From Naegleria gruberi (lineage: Eukaryota), in NCBI GenBank assembly GCA_000004985.1, contig GG738873.1: a DNA stretch of 64,000 nucleotides; one strand, 5' to 3'. Positions 21,434-33,527 of the stretch are shown here, piece after piece; positions within the stretch are counted from its first letter, which is position 1, and each line of letters starts with the position of its first letter. A program made the translations under genes and the position numbers. Below the pieces are notes generated by a model. That model had not been told where the DNA came from. It did not search any database and worked only from the letters and a program-made list of their open reading frames with translations.

Positions 21434-24400
21434 ATGTCAACAGTAACCAAAGTCAACTCTCTGTTGCTTTGGGCTCAGAATGCCACAAAAAACTACGACA
21501 ATGTAGAAATTAAAACCTTCTCATCGCCTTCGTTTGCTAATGGCTTGGGTTTTTGTGCTATTATTCATCACTTTCGTCCGGATTTAATTCCCTATGGTAA
21601 GTAGTGATGATTTTTTGTATAAACCAAGTTGTGTTGATTTTTGTGATGATTTTTTGTGTTGATTTTATTTGAAATGGTGATTTTGTGGTGTGATTGGGTG
21701 TGATTCATTTCGGATAACACTTTCGAATATGTATTGTTTCGAATACAGATACATTGACCACTTTGAATGCCAAACACAATTTAGATTTGGCTTTTAGAGT
21801 AGCAGAACATGAATTGGGATGTACACAATATTTGGAAACAGAAGATTTGTTAAATTGGTTAGTAATCAACATCATCATTGTGAAAAGTATTAACAAACTT
21901 TGGACGAAATTAATTCGAAACTTGGGGAAAAAAACAGTGCTCGACCAGAACCAAAAACCATTCAAATGCAACTCAATGAATATCGAAGAGTTTTAGGAAG
22001 TGCCAATGAAATTCATAAAAAGAATTCTGATTTTGGAGATTTAGTCAAAGATTACGAAGATGCACAATCATTGAAGAGATCGGCAACAATGCCACCAAAG
22101 AGTTTTGAAAATCCGAATACTTTATTGAATTCTTCATCGTCTTCCTCTCCTCAGGGAGCTTCATCTGCCAATTTGGGAAGCAAACTTTCAATTCAATCGA
22201 GTGGTGGCAGTTCAGATGATCCAAAGAAGGGAATTGTTGCAAGACAGAAAGAGGCCTATTTGCAAGAAACTAAACCATCGATTACCATTACGAGTAGCTC
22301 ATCTCAATTTGATCAATTAAAGAATATGGATGATGCCAAGAAGAAAATTAAAGAATTATACGAACAAGTGTCCAGTTTGAGAGATGACAGTGATAGTATT
22401 AGAAGGGAGAATAGTGATTTGAGTATGAAATTCAGGGAAGCTCAACATTTGAAAGATGAAACTGAATTGGTATTTAAACAACAAAATGAAAATCTCAAAA
22501 AGAAAATTTCACAACAACGTCAAGAAATTGAGGACGAGAAAAATTCCAAACTCTCACTGGAAACATCAATTACCAAATTGAAACAAGAATTGGAAACTTT
22601 GAAAAAGGAAAGCACTGAATACAAGAAGAAGATTGAAACTTTGGAAAAGTTACAAGAATCTAATAAGGAAAGTTCTAAATCTGCTTCAACTGATCTTCAA
22701 AAACAAGTTGCCGAGCTCAATAATCTACTCAAACAAAAGGAACGTGTCATTTCTCAATTCGAAACTGAAAAAATTTCAACTTTCAAGGATTTACAAAACA
22801 AACTTGCTGAAAAGGAAAAGGATATTCAAAGTTTGAAGAATTCTCTTAAAAACCTAACAGAGGAAGCTGAAAAGACTAAGATTGAAAAGGAATCTTTAAT
22901 GAGTGAAATGAGTCAACAAGAAGGACTTTCTGGTGAGCTCAGCAAATTACAAGACTCACTGAAACAAATTACAATGGATAAACAAATTGCCGAAAGAAAA
23001 GCTCAAGACGTTGAAATGCAAAGAAATGATATTACCCAAAAACTCACTCAAGTACAAAAAGAACTTGAAGACTCCAAAAAGAACCTTTCTACCAAGTTGA
23101 CCGAATCTCAAAAATTAGAACAAGAATCAAAGAGTTTGAAAGAGCAAAATTCAAAACTCTCTCAAGAAATTTCAGAAAAAAACAAGTTACTCGAAAAGGA
23201 AAAACTCAATTTGAAGGAAGGTAACGAAAAGGTTCTCACTGAAAAACAAAAACTTGAAAAGGAAGTTGAAGATTTGAAAAAGCAAATTGCCAAATATATT
23301 GAAACTTCAAAGGAATTGGATAAGGCCAACAATGAAACCAAGAAATTCAGTGATATGGTCAACAAGCTCACCACCGAAGTTTCCACACTAAAGAAGGAAA
23401 AGGAAACTCTCAAATCAGAAAAGGAAAATGTTGAGCTCTCAATGAAACGTCAAGCAACTGAACTAGAGGAAAAGTATCAAGAAAAAATCGATCAATTTTT
23501 GGAAAAGAACAAAATGTCCTCAAAACAACAACAATCAGTTCTTGATTTACAAATTGAAGATCTCAGAGATCGTATTGAAGACCTCAAGAGAGAGAAACAA
23601 CTCGTTAAAGATGAGCTTAATCAAGTAGAAAGTGCCAAGAATCATGAGATTACAGAATATAAGAACAAGATTAGTCAACTTGAATCAGATCTCTCTAAAA
23701 AGTCCTCTGTCTCTCCATCCGTTGCCAATTTACCACAACTCATCGAACAAGAAAGAAAGGAAAGATTTGTTTTGGATCAATCCATTCTCTGTTTTGAAAA
23801 TTGCACATTCTCTAACCAAATTCCAACACCAGTCAAGTCCATCTATCATGCTCTCAATTTCTGGTTAGAATCTAGTGAAACATTTGGAGTCAATCTTGTC
23901 AATTCTCTCAGTTACAAGTTTGGTTCTTACATTACCTATGATTTACAAAAATCTGCTTACTGGCTCAATGTCATGATTAGAATTTTACACTTGTTGAAGA
24001 ATGAATCAGAATATGAAAAGAAGATCAAGTCCATTCTCAAGAATAACATTAACGAAAAGCAATTTACTGCCCTCACCACTAACGAATCAATTACAAAGAA
24101 ATCAGAATTCCTTGTACTTTCTCATTTCTCACTTTCTAATGATGGAAAAGTTCAACAACCATCCATTGACAAGTTTTTAATTTCTCTCTCACAACTCATT
24201 TATGATTCCTATTTTGAAATTATTAAGAGTATGCTCTTGAAGGCCAAACCTTTGATTTTAGAGAAATTGTTTGGTGTTACAAAGAATAATCCAACTCCAA
24301 CCTTAGGTAAAGTTAGTGGAGATGTCAAGATTGATGTAATTGTAAAGAATATGGCTTCATGGATGGATCAAATTAAGGATAGTTATTTGGATGCTCGTTT

Positions 24401-25231
24401 GATTATTCACATGTTTGAATCTTTGGCTAACTTGATGGATTCTTACATCTTTAATCAATTTATTACTTTTATCAGTTCTGAGAAGGAAAAGACAAGAAAT
24501 GCCAATCAATTAAGAGATTCCACTATGAATCATGCCATTCATCTCAAGATGTCTGTTTCATTCTTGGAAAGTTTCTTCTTTGAGGAGCATTTGACAGCTG
24601 GTCTTGATATTCAAAATCTTTTCCATCAAACAAGAGTATGTATTTATTTCAATATCATTATTTACAATTAATTCCAAAAAATTAATAGGAAGCTGCTGAT
24701 GTTTGTGTACTAGGTCAAAAAGATTTACTTCAAAAAGGAAATGATTTACGTGAAATTGTCTGTCCTCATTTGGTTACTTCACAAATCTCTGTCTTGCTAT
24801 TGGAAAGTACAACTAGTGCTCAAAACTTGGTTGTTCCAACTCTGGCACCATGTGGATTTACTGACCCAACTACTTTTGCTAAACAAACATCACCACTCTT
24901 TGATTTTGAATCCAAATTTATGACAATTCAATCCTTACAAACAGTTCAATATCCATCCATTTTTGATAAGAACAGACAAGAGTATCCATTCCTGTATCAT
25001 TTGGCAAGGAAGAGTTCAACATCTTCTTCGACAGCAACAGAAGAAGAGGACGATGTCAGTAATTCGTCATGGACTTCTCCATCCAAACAAAACATTCTCT
25101 CCAGCAGCAGTTCAGCAACATCATCCACCAACTCATCTCCTTCCTCTTCTACAAGTCAACAAGAAAAGAGAAGAGGTCAAAGAATGGAAAGATATCAGAA
25201 ATTAGATATGAATAATGGACTTTTCGAATAA
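21434..25231 (+). CDS. Calponin-homology (CH) domain protein with long coiled coil and C-terminal globular (DIL-like?) domain; at least 4 exons
   Basis: Exon 1 (21434..21596) '[47 protein letters not shown]' is a canonical CH domain, continued after intron in '[37 protein letters not shown]'; 21900..24650 is heptad-rich (E/K/L/Q) coiled coil; C-terminal about 250 aa globular; introns at 21597..21747, ~21858..21937, 24651..24693. Confidence 0.65.
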
Positions 25232-25325
25232 ATTTGATGTTAACATAAATCTCAGGTTCTACTATTAAATCCTAATTTAAATATTAATCGAGTGGAATGA
25301 TTATTTACAAGTATTTGAAAATGAT

Positions 25326-26110
25326 TTATTCTTCTTTCTTTTCTTCTTCCTTCTTTTCCTCCTTCTTTGGATAGGCCTTTTGGGCTTCTTCGAACTTGGT
25401 CTTGAATTCTTGAGCAACTAGAGGAATTGTTAATAAAACAATTTAAACATGAGAGAAACTTACTTTCACTAGTTTGGAAACGAATGGCAAAAGTTTCAAC
25501 CTTTTGTTCGTTATCGGCAAAATCAGCTGGGGAAGTATAAACCCAAGCCTTGTCGCTACCAACATTAGGAGACAACTTGATTTCTGGGAAGATCGTATGG
25601 TTAGCACAGATAGTCATGATCTTGTCTCTTCTCATCAAAGCTCTGACTCTCTTGTCAACCTTGTGTTGGAGGAATCTCATTTGACCAACACCACGTTCCT
25701 TCCATTCGTTGGCTTCACTGTCGAATCTGTAAAGCTTAGCACGACTAGTAAATTTCAAATCCAAAATTTAATTTGTTGTTGTGTGATGAATAACAAAATA
25801 TTAATAATGTGATCATATTGTTCAGGTTATTGTTGTTGTATAATAGTAATAATATAAATAAAAAGTAATCGTATAATATTATTATTATTAAATTTGTTAT
25901 TCCGTATAATTCATCATCCACACGATTAGCACACACAAAGGCTTCAAAAAAAACTTACACATTATAAATTTCTTCTTCATCATCATTCTTTACGGAGACA
26001 TCAACAGTTGGGAGGGCATCCTTGTCAACCAAAGGAGTGAAATGAGCCTTGCATTCTTCTTCCTTGGCGAATTCAGTAGTTTCTTGTGAGTTATCTTCAG
26101 TATCAGACAT
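25326..26110 (-). CDS. ranbp1: Ran-binding protein 1 (RanBP1); 3 exons (26110..25959, 25744..25464, 25417..25326)
   Basis: 'RAKLYRFDSEANEWKERGVGQMRFLQHKVDKRVRALMRRDKIMTICANHTIFPEIKLSPNVGSDKAWVYTSPADFADNEQKVETFAIRFQTSE' = RanBD1 domain; spliced C-terminus 'IAQEFKTKFEEAQKAY..' (cf. NAENAQKFKTKFEE); minus-strand GTAAGT donors at 25958 and 25463. Confidence 0.9.
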
Positions 26111-26334
26111 GGTGGTGTTGGAATATTTTTTAAAATGCTGCAAAAATATTTCGTGTTCCTTCAAAATTAAAAAGGAGGGAAAATTTTATTGCTTGTTCCC
26201 TGCAAGAGAATTCCGAGCAAAGGTTGAAATTTTTAATTTTTCAATATGAACAATAAGGAAATTTATTAAGAATGATGAAAATTATGTTATTGAATAATAA
26301 GAGATGGAATAATATTTAGTTAATTTTAATAATC

Positions 26335-27440
26335 ATGATGAAGAATTTAATATTTAAAAAAATGATCAAAAACAAAACATCACAAAGATTGCTGTCGGAA
26401 ACTCTTCATGATAATCAAAGTTTGCAACAGACAAGAGATGAGGAAAGGAATGAAATATTATTAAAATCACATGAGGATTTCCTATCGGAAATGAAGGTAA
26501 ATCAAGGATTGGGAGTATTCGATTTTTGGCAAACTTGTTTGGAATGTGTTGCCATTGCTTTACAATTTACTTGTTGTTGTTTATTTTGTATTATATTCTA
26601 TATAATTTATAATATCGAGCCGTATGGAAATTATCAGGATTTGGAAATGACTTTGTTGATTGCTAATTTCATATTAATTTTACCTTTTCTCTATATTCAT
26701 CATTCAAGGAAGAATCAGAATGGCAGTAGAAATTCATCATCATCGTCATCATTTGTTTATTCGATATTTAATTGGATCATTGTAGTGTTGATCTTGTTGG
26801 GTGCAGCACCCATTTTGAGAACACTCACTCTCCTCTATTCACAAGATACCATTATTGCATTGGTTTTCTTTTCATTCCTTATTCACTTATTTACTCATGA
26901 TTATTACTTTGTGAATGGAAAATCGAAAAAGTATAATTGTTACTTGTCGCTGAATTGTGTGATTTTTGTGAGTGCATTGTTGGCTTCTCGATTGAAATAT
27001 TCATTGGATGCCTTTGTAATTTTAATCATTGCCATTCAAATATTTCTATTATTTCCATTCTTGAGATTTGAATTGAGAAAGGAGGGAAGAAATTTCGCAT
27101 ACGTTTCAATTTTTATTGTAATTGTTGCAGTGACAGGAGTTTGCCTCTTTTACTTTGTTCAATCCATTTTCCTCTTCTTTACCTTTATCCTAATCAATAC
27201 CATGTTGGTTTTCATAATGCCTTACCTGTTTGTTCTCTCTCAAACCAATTACAAAAGGTATGTTACATAGTATTCCAATTTTTCACATTCGAAATTTCTT
27301 AAAATCATATTAGAGTTATATCTGGACCTTGGGATGAAGCTGTTGTAGCACCTCAAGAATATGAAAAATTAGAACAATACCTTTCCACAATTACTCCAGT
27401 CAATATTCAAGACTTACCTCAGAGAGAAGGCTCTGAATAA
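26335..27440 (+). CDS. pigC: GPI-GlcNAc transferase subunit PIG-C (Gpi2); 2 exons (26335..27257, 27314..27440)
   Basis: 'DTIIALVFFSFLIHLFTHDYYF..LSLNCVIFVSALLASRLKYSLDAFVILIIAIQIFLLFPFL' aligns with human PIG-C '[60 protein letters not shown]'; spliced C-terminus '..RVISGPWDEAVV' matches PIG-C 'HGPWDEAEI'; donor GTATGT at 27258. Confidence 0.85.
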
Positions 27441-27441
27441 T

Positions 27442-29028
27442 TTGCAAAGCCTTTTTATGATTAATTTCACAAGGCTTTTTTTCATTTACAAAAAAATGTC
27501 TTTAAATCATCAACAGCATTATCGGAAAGGAGAAATCATCACTAACAAGAAACAACAGAATAATAGTAGTACTAATTCATCAGTCTCTTCTCGGAAGAAG
27601 AGAAACAAATTATTAAAGAATTTATATTATCGATCAATAGATGGAAAATTCCAGGCTAGATGCAGTCCCTACAATGTAGGAAAGTCAGTCATGCAAGTAC
27701 CTATTAAATTGTTGGAAGATGAGGAGAAGATTCTGAGGAGGAGTGTTTCTCTTGGATTCACGAGGAATGGTAATCATTTGGTTGCCTATAGATTGGAGGA
27801 TGATATTTATGATCAGGAAGATGATATGATTGAAGAGGCTAACAAGCTGCTCTATTTGGTATTCTTTAAATTCGAGGTTGGAAGTTGTTTGGCTATTGAT
27901 AGCTGTTTCCAGATTGTCACAAACAATGTGAAAGATCTACTTTTTCCTCGATATGAAGGTAATGCTAATGAAGTAACAGTTAAAGTTGATAGCATGGGTC
28001 AGTTACTGTCAAATCCAGGAAAGAGAAGAATTGTAAATAATAGATCAGTTTCATTGGATGATTTTATTCCAAAATTTATTGTTCATGATGTACATTTTCA
28101 TTTCACAGAGACGATTGGTGAGGATGTTTTTCTGGTCTACCAGTATGCTAAAATGACTGCTGAAAAAGTTTATTTCATGTCAATAATGCCAAATGTATTG
28201 AATGTGAGAAGAGGAAATATCTACTCCTTGGCTATACGGTACAATGCCTCTACCGATGTGAATATCAGCATTTTCAACGCAAACTTGAATTTGGCATCTC
28301 TAGAAAATAACAGGCACTTGATATCTATTCTCACTCCAACAACTGTGGAATTATTTATTTTCGAGAGTATGATAATTGAGGAAAAGTATGAAGTGTTGGA
28401 CCCTTTTGAGATGAGTAATAATAATGAGGATGAATTTGGATCAATTCGCAAAGGACTCAGTGAAACTATTTCACTTAGTTATATACCAATTATCAAGAGA
28501 AGTGACGACTTGAGGACGACTTTTATCAGGACTAGCAACTTTTACCATCTCAACATTGAGGAATTTCTCTCATGTCAAATAGATCGAGATCAACGAATTA
28601 ATGACTATAGCTTTAAGGTAATCAAATGTGAGGATGTATCAGGGAAAGTATTCCTCCTTATAGCAGCCGACATTGCCAGATATCAACACATGCAAAGGAT
28701 GATCTATCATTGTATCATTGAGCCTGTTGACACTACCAACAACCAAAGACCATCCCTTAAAATCATCAACAAGCAATGTGTCATCGTTGCCACCAATTCG
28801 CCCATTCACCAACTCGTTCAAAATCTGTGTTTCATCTATTTGAAAAAAGAAATTCCCAAAGCTCACATCTACTCTTGCTTTAACAATGAGAATCTATTCA
28901 CAACAGGAACATCCACTTCCATTCTTTGTAATCCGCTTCTTCCCATCTGCCTCACCAACACTTCTTTTACCTCAACAAGTAGTAACAATCCACCAATCAA
29001 CAACATTCACAGAATTTCATCTCAATAA
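27442..29028 (+). CDS. Hypothetical protein (about 510-528 aa; start may be Met at 27496)
   Basis: Long uninterrupted ORF with non-repetitive composition; no recognisable motif. Confidence 0.5.
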   Translation: MQSLFMINFTRLFFIYKKMSLNHQQHYRKGEIITNKKQQNNSSTNSSVSSRKKRNKLLKNLYYRSIDGKFQARCSPYNVGKSVMQVPIKLLEDEEKILRRSVSLGFTRNGNHLVAYRLEDDIYDQEDDMIEEANKLLYLVFFKFEVGSCLAIDSCFQIVTNNVKDLLFPRYEGNANEVTVKVDSMGQLLSNPGKRRIVNNRSVSLDDFIPKFIVHDVHFHFTETIGEDVFLVYQYAKMTAEKVYFMSIMPNVLNVRRGNIYSLAIRYNASTDVNISIFNANLNLASLENNRHLISILTPTTVELFIFESMIIEEKYEVLDPFEMSNNNEDEFGSIRKGLSETISLSYIPIIKRSDDLRTTFIRTSNFYHLNIEEFLSCQIDRDQRINDYSFKVIKCEDVSGKVFLLIAADIARYQHMQRMIYHCIIEPVDTTNNQRPSLKIINKQCVIVATNSPIHQLVQNLCFIYLKKEIPKAHIYSCFNNENLFTTGTSTSILCNPLLPICLTNTSFTSTSSNNPPINNIHRISSQ

Positions 29029-29139
29029 TTTTGATTGGCATTCGCTTATCCAATTTGACCTCAAAATGTCAATAAATAGAACCAACAATGTATTGTAAAT
29101 GGATTGGATGTTAACTCTTCCAATCAATAACAGAAAAAA

Positions 29140-30627
29140 ATGCTACAACACAAGTTCATCCAATCTTCCAAGAATTTGATCAGCAACAATCGTTCCCCAT
29201 CACTGTTGCTCTTCGGAAAGAATATTGCTTTCAAGAAGGATCAATACAATTTGATTGATCAAAGCAGAGGATTTCAATCATGTTTGTATCGTTCTAATGG
29301 TGTTTCTCCACTTCCAACAGCTGTTGCACCAACAACCTCTTCACCAACAACAACAAATCCTCCGGCTATTGCTAATGCTATTAGTACTGCAACACCAACA
29401 GCACCAGTTACTGTTGTGCAGACATCAGTGGTCGATGGAGTTGTTTCATCTACAACTACATCATCATCAGTGATCTCTTCAAGTAATTCACAACCTAATG
29501 CTGCCACTATTGTAATTATTCAACAACAACCAGCAACATCAACAACAAATGGAACAAGTGATGGTGTTACATCTGTATCATCCGATCAATCACAAGGAGT
29601 TCTTCCTTCCACCAGTACCAGTCAACAGCAAACAATTATTCAAATTGATACTCAAGTATTTTCAAAGCAAATTGAACAAGCTGTCAAACAACAAATGAAA
29701 CAAAGTCTTTCTAAACATGCTTATGAACCTACTGGAGAGGAAAGTTTTGAAATTATGGAACATTTGGAAAGAGAAAGATTGTATGAAGAAAGTAAAGGAA
29801 AAGGATTGATTTATCAATTTAGAAGATTTATGAAAAAGAAGACGTCCTTATTGACAAATTTATTGGCAATTGGTAAAATTTTACCAGCAAATGCCATCAT
29901 GTCTCTCTTCTTTTCATTCCACAAAATGGAACAAAATTATAAGGAAAGAATTTTTGCTCAAAGAATTACAGCAAGTTTGAATTTCATTGACAAGAAGTCA
30001 AACACCTTCAAAATTAGAAATATCTTCTGTAAAAACTTGGATGAAGTTGTGTTAAATAATCAAGCAGTAGTTCAGGTCATCCAAGAAGCAGCTTCCAAAA
30101 CCAATAAGGAAGCACCAATTGTAATTTTACCCGATGAAGGTAAGCATTCATAATTATTAGAAATAATTCATTAATATTATCGAAATGCATGTGAAATTAT
30201 TTAAAAATCAGATAAGTGGTTTATTTTGAACCTTGTACAATCATGTATTTCACAAAATGTTGCTTCTGGATATTTCAGACAAGATATGATGCTCAAACAT
30301 CACAGTGAATGGTACGTTTAGTTTCATTTTGTCTAACAGTATTAATTTTCTCATTCCTTTCAGGTATGTTTTTGCCATCACCAATGAGACAGATGTGAGC
30401 ATTAAAAAGATGAGAGTTGTCATTGCGCAAGAGAAACTCTTAAAATCAATTCATGATGGAACTGTAAATCAACCAGAATTTGGTATGTACTCAATTCATA
30501 ATAATGGAATCATATTTAAACTTCTCAATATAGAACATGTTTATGGTGAAATTAGATGGAATACTGTGAAATTAATGTCAAAAATGTATCATGAACAGTA
30601 TGACTCGATTATGGAAAGTAAGTAGAT
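29140..30627 (+). CDS. Hypothetical T/S/Q-rich protein; multi-exon (exon 1 29140..30148, further short exons near 30268-30302, 30363-30481, 30532-30620)
   Basis: GTAAGC donor at 30149; downstream short ORF pieces flanked by ..ttcag / GTATGT / GTAAGT signals continue coding potential. Confidence 0.4.
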
Positions 30628-31083
30628 TCAAATTTCACAAATAGTGACATGACACTCTATTCACACAACAAATTATTTTACAATACTCTTGAATATGAAA
30701 CTTTGTGTGTTTCAAACAAAGTCTTTTGTATTAATTTGCTTGTCGTAAATTTTGCTTTCCATTGCTGGAAGATGTCTCTTCGGGGGTTTGGTTGTCAAAT
30801 TAAACATGACACGAGACAATGAAAAGTGTGCACGCAAAGGCGCAAATATGATGTGGAAAATTCTTTTGAAAGACGTTAAAATGGTCCAAGCACTTATTCG
30901 AAACCCTTACTACTGGTTAAGGAGGCAATGAATTGTCAGCTTGTCAAACCGTTTGGTAAGGTTTGGCTTTTGCGTGATGGATCGTTTTGCATATTATGCG
31001 AATAACCATTCAAAAAAGAAAATCTCAAACACTTCCACTCAAGGTTTTTATTCGAAACTAAACTTCTACCGACTCGACACAAT

Positions 31084-31740
31084 ATGAAGAGAAACAAGGA
31101 ATTTTTTCAAACTCTCACCAACGACTTTCTTTCACCTGGCACATCTTCGGCAGCCAGCAAGACGAAACCTAAAAACTCTATCGAAAAGCAAATCTTTACT
31201 TTCGAATTGAATAATAACAATACCAGTATTTCGAATAGTATCGAACATGTTGATTGTACAACAATGGTCGATAGACTCTCCATGCCATCATCTCCTTCCA
31301 ACTCTAGCTCTTCATCATCCTCACCTAACTTTAAAAGCTATTCGAAACTTAACAAGCCAAAATTAACACATTGTCTTTCTAACTCACCACTCTTACAATC
31401 TCCACAATCACCAACTGTGAAATCTCCTGCTTCTACAAATAGCCCTTCGAATAACAGCAATTCTTCCAGTGATTGGAAGTGGAAATCAGAAGATGGTATT
31501 CGAAAGAAGAAGAAATCAAGAAAAGATTCATGGGTGCAAATGGCATCTCGAGTGATTGTTCACCAAGAAGAAAACAAATCAACAACATGTTGTTTAAATA
31601 ATGTACATAAGAAAATGGAAACCTCACCCCTCTCTAATTATATAACAAATGACATGTCAATTGAACCACCAACTATTGTGATAACAAAACCAAATAGAAT
31701 TGTAAGAACATCAATAAAAATATCAGAACTGTTGAATTAA
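31084..31740 (+). CDS. Ser/Asn/Pro-rich hypothetical protein
   Basis: 218-aa ORF, low-complexity S/N/P-rich, basic patch KKKKSRK. Confidence 0.45.
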   Translation: MKRNKEFFQTLTNDFLSPGTSSAASKTKPKNSIEKQIFTFELNNNNTSISNSIEHVDCTTMVDRLSMPSSPSNSSSSSSSPNFKSYSKLNKPKLTHCLSNSPLLQSPQSPTVKSPASTNSPSNNSNSSSDWKWKSEDGIRKKKKSRKDSWVQMASRVIVHQEENKSTTCCLNNVHKKMETSPLSNYITNDMSIEPPTIVITKPNRIVRTSIKISELLN

Positions 31741-31969
31741 AGGTTAAAAACTTTGAATTATTATGAAATTACACAATGTACTTATATTGTATGTCAATTC
31801 TCGAACTTTTAAAACTAATTCGAGCTTATTCTCAAGTATTAATCAAAGAACATAATAGAAATGATCTTTGTTTTCCTTAGACATTTAATGACAAATATTG
31901 TAAAAAACAGAGATGGGGCAAGAATCTGGTTTTTTATTAACGGATTATTAAAAGTACTTTAGACTCTAT

Positions 31970-33255
31970 TTACAACAAGATTCCAAACAATGCCAAAACA
32001 GCAATGACAACAATACTTCCAATCTTGACACTACTTGCACTTGAAACAGTTCCTGATGCAGATTTATCCTCAGCACCTATTTACATTCAATTTTCAATAT
32101 CAATTTTCATATTGATTTCAACAATGTTAAATATTAATATTAATTATTATACTTACCAAGAGAAGGATCCCAATTCAAATTATCAACTCTTTCAGTCAAT
32201 GAAGCATAAAATCTAACAACACTTGCAAATGTTAAATCCTTCTTCAATGCACTTGTTGCAGCATTAAGTGAAAAATCAGATTTCAAAGCAGTTGTCACCA
32301 ATTGACTCTTTGTAATTCCAGCACTCAATGTACTATATTTGGAAACAAAGGTTTGGAATGACAAGTATGGATTTGGTAATTCAAAACCGTCTGGCAAATT
32401 CCATGAAGAGAAGAAACTTGTCTGATTGAATTGAATGACTTTTTGATCTGATGTGGCTGTGTCTGGTCTTTCTTCAGCCAAAATGTTTCTTGCACGTGGT
32501 TTCTCAAAGATTGCACCTCTGAATGCAACCAAAGTGCTGATACCTAACTTGGAATTGGCATTGGAATATTTAATTCCAGTGATTTCTAATGAAGATTTGA
32601 AAGATGAAGGGACCAAAACTTGAGTGACAGTTCTACTGACAAGTGTCTTGGATTCAAATGAAACTTCATTAGTAGTAATGAATCCAGTGAATGTAACTGT
32701 ACAGAAATTAGGAATATCAACACTTGAAACAGCCTTATACACAGCAGCACTTCCATCACTTGTCAAATCTGTCTTGGTTACAGAAATAACCTTCCATGAC
32801 AATCCAACAAGTGAATACTCCTTAACAATTGAATCAGCAGTATTTGGTTGATAACCAGGAGTACCATCATTATCCAAATACTCAAAAATCGAATCAAAAC
32901 CAAAAGCAACACCAGTATCAATATTAATTGTCAATGGAGCCAACTTGTTTCCTAATTGAATTTTGAAACCAGCACTTGCTGCCATTTTAATCATTGGCAA
33001 TGTAGCAACTGATGCCTCGAACTTTAAGCCAGTGAAAGTGGACAAGGATGCCTTGGTAGTGACATTGAAATCACATGTGGTTCCTGAAGTAAATGTCACT
33101 TGATTGGCTGGAGTAGAGTATTGAACATTTCTCTTACATGAGAGTGAAGTTTGACGGAATTTGAGAGAAATCTCATCCAAAGCATGGATGAACGGTAAAA
33201 GTGAAAACACCAAGCAGAGTGTTAACAAGATATTTTTACAGATATAAAGTTTCAT
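31970..33255 (-). CDS. Secreted Ser/Thr-rich protein with predicted GPI-anchor signal; 2 exons (33255..~32158, ~32080..31970)
   Basis: Signal peptide MKLYICKNILLTLCLVFSLLPFIHA; last exon after a minus-strand GTAAGT intron encodes '..AEDKSASGTVSSASSVKIGSIVVIAVLALFGILL*' (Ser-rich omega region plus hydrophobic tail). Confidence 0.6.
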
Positions 33256-33527
33256 TTTTTTTTTGATAAGTTTTGGTCAATTGTGATTTGGAAGACGTTG
33301 AAATTTGAAGATCTCAAGAATAGTGTGACAGGTTGGAAATTTGCGCTTATAAAATCGGTAGATAAGTGAAATTCCTTGAGTTTCGAATGCAGAGTTGGAG
33401 AGTTTGAAAAGTTTATTCTATAACGAGATGTGATAATGTTAATTTTCCTTGAGTTTACAATGAGGGGTATTGTTGGAAGGCTTTTTTGTAGTATCGAGGA
33501 GATCCGGTTTGTCCAGAATATTCGAAA

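Noticed and set aside
25790-25930. Very AT-rich block resembling a simple repeat
   Set aside because: It lies inside intron 1 of RanBP1 (25745..25958). This is typical dictyostelid intron composition, not a satellite.
32004-32216. ORF 32004..32216 (+)
   Set aside because: Antisense to the last exon and intron of the GPI-anchored protein gene (31970..33255). Its translation is AT-rich junk.
26335-33255. Functional link between PIG-C and nearby GPI-anchored protein genes
   Set aside because: GPI-anchored proteins are numerous. Their proximity to PIG-C (26335..27440) is most likely chance. There is no shared regulation evident from sequence.
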